From positions 2,426,480-2,490,479 of the forward strand of contig JBNZDD010013632.1 in NCBI GenBank assembly GCA_050575255.1: a stretch of 64,000 nt of DNA. The letters run 5' to 3'. Source of the DNA: Harriotta raleighana. Taxonomy: Eukaryota. The notes below the pieces were generated by a model, which was not told where the DNA came from, ran no database searches, and was given only the letters and a program-made list of their open reading frames with translations. Position numbers and translations under genes: made by a program. Shown here piece by piece: positions 1 through 10,800 of this stretch (position 1 is the stretch's first letter; the number at the start of each line of letters is the position of its first letter).

Positions 1-1344
1 TTGGTCTATCATAAAATTCCTCAGAAATACTGGCAAATAGTTTGGAGAAGTAAGCTATACTGGAAGTTGAACCTATATTTTACAAAGGGCAGGCCAAGCA
101 CTGCCAGTCCACAAATACTTTGGAGCAGTTCAAAATGAAATATAGTACTGTAGAGTTTGTACTATATTTTAAGTTAATGAAACAAGAAATGCATGTACGT
201 CTATGGTCACATCAGGCAAACAAAAAGTTAGGCATTGAATTTACGAACCACAAACATTGTATTCTCTGCTGGCCCATAAATCTAAAACACTCATCAACAA
301 GGATCATGCATTATCAGCAGCAGGGAGTACAGTGTTCCCACCATCCAATTAATTTACCAACGACAAGAGAATCTCCCCCCCCAACCTCCCTCATAATAGC
401 TAATATCTTTAATGATTATCTTTGTGTAATATAGCTCTGGGATGCTACCCCGTGTGAAAAGTGCTATATAAATGCAAGTCGTTATTGTGGTGTAGATTTT
501 TTTAATATACAGTAAAAACATTCTTACCGCGTGGTGGCTAATTTTGCAGCTCACTCAATGAGATCTATTTGTTTTAAACTGTTATTTTAGTCCAGTCGTA
601 CTTGCAACAGCTGCTCCTATTAGTGTTCTTATTTAAAGGAGAAATAGAGATGGTCCTACTGCATTCAATTGTGGCCACAACCTTAATAAGCTAGTGTTGT
701 AACGGAGCATGGCCTGTTGTTCCCCAGTTAATATTATTGCTGGCTTAAATTCAAAGTGTATCACTTGACAGCCTCTGCTCCAGGCTGTACCCCTGTCAAA
801 TCTTCTACAAAAGAGCCTGCTCTGGGACTCTTCAAGCACTATCGTTAATCATCAAAAATTATGCAGCAAAGAAAGTAGAAGACTCGCTGTGTGACCCTGG
901 AGACACTGAAAGAGGGAGCGACCGGTGCACTTCCAAATGCTGCTTTAACTTCCAAATGAAGCCCATGTACTCATGGGACTCGGAATTTGGTCTGACAGTC
1001 TGTTACCACAGGTGCACCATTTTTTTTTCACAAGTGGTAGCTCTGTGACTACATGACTTCCAGCTGTTGTGATGTGCTATCAGCCAGTGTTAATCTGCAA
1101 TAGTTCCTCTGCGGCACGTAAACGCAGGACGTGCCTAACGTGTTTAACGTTAACTAATTCCATGAAAATAACTCTCTTATCTTGGACTTGAGGGTTTGGT
1201 GACAAAACGTTTCCCAGTGTTCCAATTTTATACGCCTTCAATCCCAAGGCACGTTGATGCACAATCCAACATCACCAGTTTGGACAATAATACAGATCAG
1301 CTGGTTATTTCCATTGCTGCCTGTTCATATTGAGCAAATAGATT

Positions 1345-1712
1345 TTGTATCCAAATCCACTCACTCCTTACCTCTCCAATCTCCTTACCTGCCCACCCCA
1401 CGCCCCCAATCCACCATCCAATACCTCCAGTCAACTGGCACCAACCTCCTGCTCGTCCTTCGCAGCCTCCGCCCCACCATCGGAGGTCACGATTTCAGCC
1501 AGAGCCCTGAAAATCTGGAACGTTATCCTTCAATCCCTCTGCCTTGCCCCCTCTCTCCCCTTGTTCAAGTCTCACCTGAAAACCTTCCTCATCGTGCTTA
1601 CGGCTACCTCCACTCAACTTCCTCCCCATTCCTACCACCACCACCACTGTTAAGCACTCTAAGACGCTACCCGGCATGGAGAGCACTACATAGGTGCAAG
1701 TCGTTGTTGTAT
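1345..1712 (+). mobile_element. L2-clade LINE 3' end fragment
   Basis: Frameshifted PYLSNLL...TIGGHDFS...WN.....L..APSL..FKSHLKTFL, then the tail AAGCACTCTAAGACGC...GCACTACATAGGTGCAAGTCGTTGTTG. Confidence 0.8.
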
Positions 1713-1849
1713 GTCTTCAATACCAATACATTTTTGTTGAAATTATGTCTGATAATTACTTCAAGGCCAACATGCTCTCTGAGCCTTACAAAACACCAAG
1801 GAATTTGAAACAAAAACTCAAAATAATGCAGATAGTGGAAATTTGTAAC

Positions 1850-2017
1850 AAAAACGGTAATCTCTGGGAACAGTCAGCAGATCGAGCAGCATCTATGGAG
1901 AAAGGAAAAGTGAATCAGGTCTCACGAAGAGTTGTGGACCTGAAACATTGACTCACTTTTCCTTTTTCCATAGATGCTGCCTGACCTGCTGAGTGTTCCC
2001 AGCGACTTCTGTTTTTG
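1850..2017. mobile_element. Penelope-like element terminal inverted hairpin with degenerate hammerhead core
   Basis: Arms CTGGGAACAGTCAGCAGATCGAGCAGCATCTATGGAGAAAGGAAAAGTGA and TCACTTTTCCTTTTTCCATAGATGCTGCCTGACCTGCTGAGTGTTCCCAG flank CTCACGA...GAAAC. Confidence 0.65.
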
Positions 2018-3269
2018 AACAAGAAATGCTATGTGTTGTTTCTATTTCCAGTCTATAATAGGCTCACATCCACTTCAACTTTAAAGCAAACAAGATTCGC
2101 AACCGGTAAAGAGTTGTCTGGTATCATGGCTTGAAATGTTCCAGTATAAATGACAGGATAAGAATTCCCCTTTTAACTTTTTCATAAGAATTCCCCTTTA
2201 ATATTTTTAAGCAAACATATAATTCTCAGAATCGTAATTCAATAAAGTGATTTCTGACAAATTCTACATCTAATGTTGCCTAGAGTCATGATGTTATAGT
2301 CAATGATGAAATGTTCTATGACTATTAGACATTGACGTTGAAAGCAACTAACAGATTATTAATGTTAGATAAACCCTTAGGATCAAATTAACATTTATAA
2401 AATTAGTCCCACCATAACCAATATAATATTTACAGGCAGACAAGCACTTAACAGCTACTCCCTGTGACATCATGTGTTCTGGGTATAATTTTTAAAAAAA
2501 CAATTGAAGCTTCAAATATTGAATTCCCAAAGTGATCTGCACAATGCTCTAAACAAATCTCACTCTCTGACTTCACCCTTAATGTTCATGACTATAAAGT
2601 ACAAAAATCTAAAGTAATTATATTTCAGGAAACATGCCCATTTGGACACTGAAGAGATCATTACTCACAGGATTAATTTGTATGCAGTCACTGCACCATA
2701 TAATTATCCAAAGAGAAGTTTCAAAATCAATGAAATATGCTATGCATTTTTCTGCTGGATAATAATTGTCCTGCTCCCATACTGCATTGCAAATACAGAG
2801 ATGAACACACAGTAAATACTGATGTTGAATATTCCGTTGGGTTTTTTAGTTAATTTGTAAATCAGTCTAGATGCTTTGCGTTGACAGTTCTGGATTAAAA
2901 CACACTGCGAGTGATATATCTTATTGCATCCCATAAATCAAATTCAACCAAATCTATGATAACCCCAGTCCTCAATTTTGTATTACCTGTAAACTCTCAG
3001 AAGGAAATTCTTCTGATCTTTAACTTTCCCACGAAGTGTGTGCGCATGTTTGTGTACATGCATCTGCTTGTGTGTTCAAGAGTTAGTGCTTAAATAAGAT
3101 GGTAGAAAGTCAAGTAACAAGTCTTGAAAATTGAATTAATTGAATAATTTGCCCCGAGATTTCCACCTGTTGATATTCTTTACCACATTTCCACATTCAT
3201 TAATAGCACAAAACCCATACAAAGCATACCTGAGATGTTACTCAATTGAAAGGATTATTTCAAATGTTA

Positions 3270-3415
3270 GAAACGTTTTCAGGGTAATGGGGAGTGAGCG
3301 GGGTGGGGGCAGGGGGGAGGGATTGATTCGGATAGCTCTTTTCAAAGACATTTCAAAAGAGCGTTTTCACACACCTGATAAGCTAAATGTTGCTGTATAA
3401 TTTTCTGATTTTATG
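3270..3415 (+). mobile_element. CR1 LINE 3' UTR remnant
   Basis: GGTAATGGGGAGTGAGCGGG...GGATAGCTCTTTTCAAAGA...GCTGTATAATTTTCTGATT resembles the CR1 tails at 25470 and 37780. Confidence 0.45.
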
Positions 3416-4597
3416 AAATAGTCATTTATTTTATTTTCAACATTTATCTAATTTTGTCAATCATGCACTGAAGCAAAACTTCCTCTGTTCTATTCCAACA
3501 ATGTGTAGTAAATCCAGATATGAGTACAATTTCTCATTAACAGAGAGAAAATACTGTGACGTGAACTTGTTCACAGTACTTTAAGAATTCATGCATTAAG
3601 TAAAATACCATAGGGAAACCCTTATAGATTACTCTTCTTTAATTACAGGTCCATGTTGGCATTTACATTGCTGTTATGCTGGTAAGCACGTTTTCCACGC
3701 ACTGTCCCATTCATTAGATATTCCAAACCAAGCCAATTTGAGTCTCACCTTTCATTGATGATATTTAGTTGCACAACCGTTTCTACATAGATGTAAAAAA
3801 ATGCTACATTCTGTAATTAGATGTAGCTAACTGCAAGGAAAGGACCTTTGATACTTTTCTTAAACAAGGAACCTTGTTCCTTATTAAGCAGTGGTAGTTT
3901 GATATTAAAATAGTTAACGTGACCAATTGGTTTGCTTTATATTGTTTTAAAGAACCCTTTCCTTCCTCCTTCCCACACAGAAACTTTTTTTTAAAAATCC
4001 ACATTTAATAATTTCACAATGACTTGTTTGCTTGTCTTTAAAGGCATCAGCCATTCATGTAGACATAACTCCGATCAGTTATAATGTCAATCATGTTCGT
4101 ATAGCTGAGTGATAGGACCTAAAAATAATTCTTGCAATCAAATTAAATATCTTTTATCATATGAAATTTTGTTTGGCAAAATCTTTTTCGGACTAAATTA
4201 AATCATTTGCACGGTTTAAAGTAGAATGAACACCAATTTCTGTTCATGCTGTTCCTACTATGCCTGCAGGAAACTCGCCATGAAATGAAAATATTTGATT
4301 TAAAATTGTTTCTGATTTCTAATTCTTGCAAGGTCTATCTAGAGGTTATGGATACAAACAGCTGCATTACAAACAAACGTTTTGTCAATGAACTTTGTAA
4401 CCCAGAAACTTAGAAAAGCAGAAATATGAGTGTGCTATGACTTGAGGATGGAACTAAAAAATAAGTCCATCTGTTCTCAATTCCGTATCAATTTTGTCTT
4501 CAAGTTGGTGAATGCTTAGAAAAAATATTCAAAAAGAAAACATTTGCTTAATTTCTGATCGTTTGCAAAAGTGATACCAGGATTTCTGTTTGAAGTT

Positions 4598-5062
4598 ATA
4601 ATAATAATCCTTGCATTGGGTAGAGCAACTTTCATGTTGGCAAGATGTTTCAAAGCCCTTCACAGTGTCTGGTAACTGTATATTTGTAGGCATTTGCAGA
4701 AGCCAATCTGCTCACAGCAATGTTCCTCAATGACTTAACTTCACCTGGGGGATCGTTAATCAAGACAAAGCAAGAAATTTCTTATATTTTCAATTAGTCA
4801 TGGGATCATTGGTTAATATTTCACCTGAAGGACAACACCTCTGACAATGCAATAGAGCTCTATTAGTGAATTGTGAATCTGTAGTGAATTGTCAGTTTCC
4901 AGTGTAATGATGGAGAAGCATTCTGTTGTCCTTCCGATGAAATAAGCTTAAGACTCCCATTTTGGGGAGTTTTTAATATGAGCTCAAACTCTCAATGTGA
5001 TGCTTGAACCCTCAACCTTCTGACTCAGAGATATTGTGCAACCAAGTTAGCTGAGCTGACAC
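4598..5062 (-). mobile_element. Old tRNA-derived Deu-type SINE with L2 tail
   Basis: Reverse complement reads TCAGCTCAGC...CTCTGAGTCAGAAGGTTGAGGGTTCAAG (B box) ... GATCCCATG ... TGCAAGGATTATTATT; homologous to 17110-17412. Confidence 0.65.
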
Positions 5063-5199
5063 CAACCTCTTTGGTCTCTATATACAGTAGTTTCAGATGT
5101 TGATAAAAATCTGAGTGAAACCGTTCTGAGGTGTCCTCATAGTCAGATTCAACTGAACGTGCGTTATTTTCTAAGACACAAATGTTTTCTGGAAACCTC

Positions 5200-5960
5200 A
5201 AATGTGGATGCTTCTTTTCTCGAGCTGCTGTATTCCTCCATGGGTTTGGATTCTGAGCTAAAGAACAAAATGGGGACACTTTGTATTGCTGAGTGAGTAC
5301 AAAGTGACTGACATCATAGATTTCCAGACATAAATCCAAGCTAGAGCAATGGTCTGAGATGGTCAGATCTCTTTCATCAGCTCAGTTTGAAAAGAAATTG
5401 TGTTCCACAGTACAGTACATACCTGCCATCTTGCTGTGCAATGGCAGTTCACAGATACACCGATTTATTTAGCCTGTGGTCAGACAGGTCAGTGGATAAA
5501 ACCTTGTCTGAGCTGGGTTCTACCTTATATTGCAGCTTACTGACTTCTTGTGTTCTGAGTGGTTAGAAGAACCTGATAAAAGTTTTGAGTGATTATAAAT
5601 CTGCAGTTGGGTGAGCCCAAAGAGTAATAACTCTACAGATAACATCATTTCTTAAAGGGCAATAGACCATTCGATTTCAGGTTAGTGATGCCTTGAGGGT
5701 TGTTGTGCAGTTCTAAAGCTAAGCCTTTCTCCACTTGTCCTAGTAACTAGACTTTCTGTTTGCCCACATCATAATAGCTAGATCATGACTCAGCATCAAC
5801 AGCTTACTGCCCGGCAGAACATTCTCTTTTTCTCAGTACATCAGCAACCATTGGCAGGGAGGAGTTTTGTGAACGAGCCTTGGGGCATGTGCAATCTCCT
5901 CTGCGTGTGATGGAATGGGGGTTATCAGGCCTCTACAGTGTGTTCATAAGTACTCCAATT
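5200..5960 (+). mobile_element. Degenerate tyrosine-recombinase retrotransposon (Ngaro/DIRS-like) fossil
   Basis: Ordered decayed motifs: GTLCIAE 5273-5293 (cf. FGALRISE), RHKSKLEQ 5326-5349 (RRSKTDQ), LLCNGSSQIHRF 5431-5466, KTLSELG 5498-5518, IAA ~5529, LIKVLSDYKSAV 5573-5608 (IKxLGDWKS). Confidence 0.55.
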
Positions 5961-6759
5961 TAACAATCCTTTCTAAGAGACCAGACCTTACCAGGGGATC
6001 ATATGGGAAGCTGTAGATCTCTAGATAAGACCAGCACTCACTTCAGTCATGCCTGAAAGACTTTTCTCCTTTCGATTACTGCATGGATTACTGTAGCTAT
6101 CTATTCACCGAACAAAAAACGTTAAGCCTTTCAAACAATCTTAAATTTAAAACAATTAAATAAATGTGCGTAAGTGGATTTCTGAACGGCAGCCTTGCAG
6201 AAACTGATGAAAAACAATTTTCTGGCAAAAGGAGAACATAAAGAATTCTCTTGTGAGTATTCCCATTCACAGGAAATTCAAGAGATCCCTTAGAAGACCT
6301 CAAAACACCACTGAAAATCAGTGGCATTGAAAGCATTCATAAAAGGTCAGCAAAGATAATGCCTGGTCAGCGCCTTGGGACATCCTCTCTGTGTGAAAGC
6401 ACTATATAAATGTGATTTGGTTTTTGTCTTCATCTTTCTTTCATAATTATTTCCTGGTATGTGCTCAATCTGTTCTCATTGGGAGGGAATTAAAGGAAAA
6501 ACAATAGAAAGGAAAACATGAGAAGATTGTAAAACTGAAGGAAATCAATGGAATGCAGAATGTGGATGGGAGTGCAGAATCAGAAGTGGATGAGTTTGCC
6601 AATTTTAGATTATCAAAAGATCCTGACTGAAGATCCTGACTTTCGCTGAGAGAGAATTTCACACAATTTCAGTACCTTGCCCAAGTGGTAATTTTCTATT
6701 TGTTGCAGTGAGAGTTGCTTGATTATTTGACTATGAGAAAACTGTAATAACAACAACAT

Positions 6760-7060
6760 CTTAGATTCTTGAGGGATTTGAAAACAACAGTAAGGATCTT
6801 GAAATCGATCCGCTCTGAGCCAGGGAGCCAGTGAAGACTGGCAAGGATTGGGGTAATTGGGAGCGAAGTTTTGTTCGGGTCGGGTGAGAATGCGGGCAGA
6901 ATTTTGGATAACCTGGATTTTGTGAATGGTGGTAGAGAGACCAGCGAGGAAGGCATTGCAATAGTCCAGCCGAGAGGTGACAAAGACATTGACCAGTGTT
7001 TCAACGGCTTTTGGAGTGAGATATTGCCCGAGACAGGTGATGCGTCGGATATGGAAGAAA
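6760..7060 (-). mobile_element. L2-clade LINE ORF2 C-terminal fragment
   Basis: SRLDYCNA-like stretch plus ITPILASLHWLPGSERIDFKILTVVFKSL (ORF 6723..7289). Confidence 0.85.
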
Positions 7061-7849
7061 GTGATGCTGGTCGGATGTGGAGGAGGAAGGATAATTGGGG
7101 TTCAAATCTGACTATTGTCATCCACACATTTCCAAAAGGTTGGTCACTGGAGAGAAGGTTTGCAATAAGAGGGATAAACTGGGAGGCTGACCCAGCTTTT
7201 CTTGATCCTACAATGTTTCTTAATGATTTGAGTTTCTCAGTTGCTAAAGTCATGTTTGCAGTTACAAGTGTTTGATATCTTATCATCATCCCTTCTGTAG
7301 GGACTTTAGCTGTGAATCTTGATTGATCTTGGCAGTTGCACTATTTGCTGTGTAGAATCCATCCTTCAGTCACATCAAGTGAATTCAATAATATACTTAT
7401 TGGCAGATCTGGTATTTAGAATTAATCTTTTTTTTAAAAATATTGCTCCAATCCACTGACTAGAATTTCTGGGGCTTTTATTTAATTCGATCAATATTAC
7501 TGTGTCAATCATCTGACATTAATGGATTCAATAAAAATTAGCACTTCACTCCTGTAGATTTTGCCTGTGTAAAGAGATGTTTTCCCCCCAAAAAAATCTA
7601 TCAAGTAAAGTGCACAACAAACGATTTCCATTAGGTAGATAGCCGGCAATGGAGGCTTACTTACCTTTAGGTGATGTATTACTCATTTGTCAAATTAACT
7701 GGCACTCCTCATAAATCACTGAAGAAGCCTGTCCCTTTAATAATTATTGTTCTTATGGCTATATATGCCATTCCCTTCACACATTCTGTGCAGTGCCCCC
7801 CATGGCCATTTAAAAAAAACACTAAAAAAACAACATATGGTTATAATAT

Positions 7850-7874
7850 ATAAATAAATAAATAAATAAATAAA
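7850..7874. repeat. (TAAA)n microsatellite
   Basis: Directly visible. Confidence 0.9.
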
Positions 7875-10800
7875 TTCTGGATTGGTTACGGAGAAAATTC
7901 TGTATTTAAAAAATTGTCTTTGTGGTTAACTTCTTTCTAATTTAAAATTAGCAACGGTTTCAGTAATTAGATCAACAACAACAACTTAAATTTATATAGC
8001 GCACTCCACTCCGGATGGCGTCTCAGAGCGCTTCAACAGCATTAGTCATATCCTGGCCTCAACCATCCTTCCTAATAAACCATCCAGTTGTTCATTACTC
8101 TCTGTGTCCTCCTGTTTTACCATCTCAGTGCATCCAAGAATATTTTGCTGTAATGAAATCTAAACGATACTATATTTGGATAAAGTGTGAATATCACTCA
8201 AGATGATTCAAGGCCTGTAACATACTTGAAACTCTCATACTGTAAGGAGTCCTGATGTCACTGTCCTTGTGGATCAGCCCTTTAATTTCAAGAAAGAGAA
8301 ATTCAAACACAGGGTAGAAATGGAAATTACATCAGACCATTCACCATTTGATCATAAATATACTCACTATACAATACATCTATAGGACGTAAATAATTAA
8401 TTCAGTTTTCAGACATATTTTCTTTCAATGGCTATGATATCCGTGGCTTTCTCTTATATCCATATATGTATATAGGAATTTACATTCCACTTTAGAATTA
8501 CGTGAAGCTGGGAGAAAGATGGGGTTACATTTTCTTGAGCTAGATAAGATTCTGACATAACCTACGGAAGGAATTCAGGATGAACAAGTATTTCTCTGTT
8601 CTCATGCCAGTTGAAGTAGGAATATTTTGTGACCAAGGCATGTAGTTCACTCAATCATCTGGCCATTGCTAAAATGGTTATTTTCCATGTCACATGAAGC
8701 CAAAGGTATACAAGTTTGGACAAAGCAAGAGTAAAGGTTGAGTTTTTCAACCCCTTTCAATAAATCTTGATCCTAAGATGCTTCTTCCACATCTGATCCT
8801 ATCTTCTAAGGAAAATATATGTAGGTAAGTGTTTCAGATATGATTACAAAACAGTTCTGAATGCTTTGACTGTAAGCTGTGTACCAAAAGCCTTCAGAAA
8901 TTTCACATATGGAAAGTTCTTACTTGACACCAAATGGGAAATCTTTTCCATTTCATGATACATGCCTTCGAAGCAGCAGGCTTTTGGGAAACCAAAATCG
9001 TGTTTACTATCAGCAGTGGTGGATTCTGAGCACTTAACCTGTCATATTCACTAAGCAAGCTCTCAATCTTAGGTTTGACAATGGCAGGTGGTTACTGAAC
9101 ATTGGGATCAGAGGGAAAGAAGGAATACAGGAGTCTAACCTCTGGGAAAGCCATTAAAGTACAAGAGTTTGTGATCTCTCATGCTAAACTTTCTCTGATG
9201 GCAACTAAAAGTTTTATCGCTCATGAACAACCAACATGTGCAATTTTTATGATATACATTGTATTACTATCATATTTGGACATTGAATTGTGTTCCTAAA
9301 TTGTATATTGTAGTCCATCAAACTTTCAATGCTCCATAAAGCTAGTTATCATTTCAGTTATACCACTGTGTATAGATTTGTTATCCAAACATGTCCATTC
9401 ATTGATTTATTGCCCAATACATAGATCTGTCTCAAAGTATTAGAATGTTTGTGCATCCTATTGTAAAACTGTCTTTCATCCTGCAGCAAAGAATTGGTGA
9501 ATATTTACACTGTGGAGAACATTTTTAGCCAATATTTTAATGGCAACTTCCTTGTGCTTGCTCACTGCTTTCCCCTTGTGTGACTTGATCCAGGGAGATG
9601 CAGACATGTCGAATAACTGCACATGTATGGGGGATTGTGATCATCAGAGTTGCTGCCACTGAATTTTTTCTCTTGCTCATGTTGAGCTACAATAATGCAA
9701 CTGATGTCAAATGTGCATCCCCCCAACCCCACCCTCCCACCTAAATAAAGATTGATCATGTGAAGAAGATAGGGGATGCTTCTGATGAAGGCCATCCTAT
9801 AAAACCCATCTTTCTTTTTAGGCTGCTGTACATTTCCACTATTTTCTGGTTTTATTTCATCTTTACAGAGTTAGAAGAGGTTTTAAATCACTAAAGTTTA
9901 GGTTTGCCCAAGATGTTATTAAGACATTGTCAAAAATATAATTTCACTCACTGGATTTCCAAATGTACCTAAAGAGGAAGCTAAAGAGAGAAAAGTGCTA
10001 TGTCCCTCTAAAAAAAAACCTGTTCAAAGTAAACCTGATGACTAGGATCCCGGTAACACCAGTGAACAGTAAGATACAGGGGCTTTGGGAAACTGGCTGA
10101 CAAAATATTCCTGCCTCTTGGGTCAATAGAAATAACCTACAATTTGATGTTGGCTATAAATATAAAGCGTTACTCAAGAGATTGTGCCTCATGTTAGAGA
10201 GTGTGTCCTTTTATACTACAAAACATTTCACTCTCCCAACATGGAATACTCACCGCTGTGGATCAAATCTACAACTCCCGACGTGAAAGGCGATCTATAA
10301 ATGTAATTTTATTGTTGTTGTTGTTGTTGTTGTACTACAGTATTGCGAGGCAGATTCTCAACATGAAATTCAATTATTTGAATAAAGTTCAGAGCAACAA
10401 ACATGCATCAATATTACACTTTGTTTTGGAGACTAACTTGCTAGCTTTGATAGGTCTATCCACATGAAGTGATGTTTAGCAAACCTTTTCTTAATTTAAG
10501 GAAGAAGGAAAGAGTTGTGTATCACTTCCATCAATTCCCCACACCCTTCACATGTTAAAAAATTATGCCTTCAACAGAATACTGTACATGCCATTGCATC
10601 TTGTGTTTTTAAATAAATGGGGAAAGACTTTTCCAAGGCTACAGTGCCCCATTAAGGATTAAATGTTCAATCCCATGAATGACCACTGCAGTGTTTTTAT
10701 TTAGGAGGAAAACGCACCCACTTTAGCTCTGGTTTGCATCTTAATCACCACAGGGTACCTGCTATATTACACTGTAGTGATACAAACTTGTTAACAACCT

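Noticed and set aside
5025-5339. 104-aa minus-strand ORF as a possible DACH2 exon
   Set aside because: No DACH similarity; overlaps a SINE head and the antisense of the YR fossil.
6871-7275. 134-aa plus-strand ORF
   Set aside because: Antisense to an L2 fragment.
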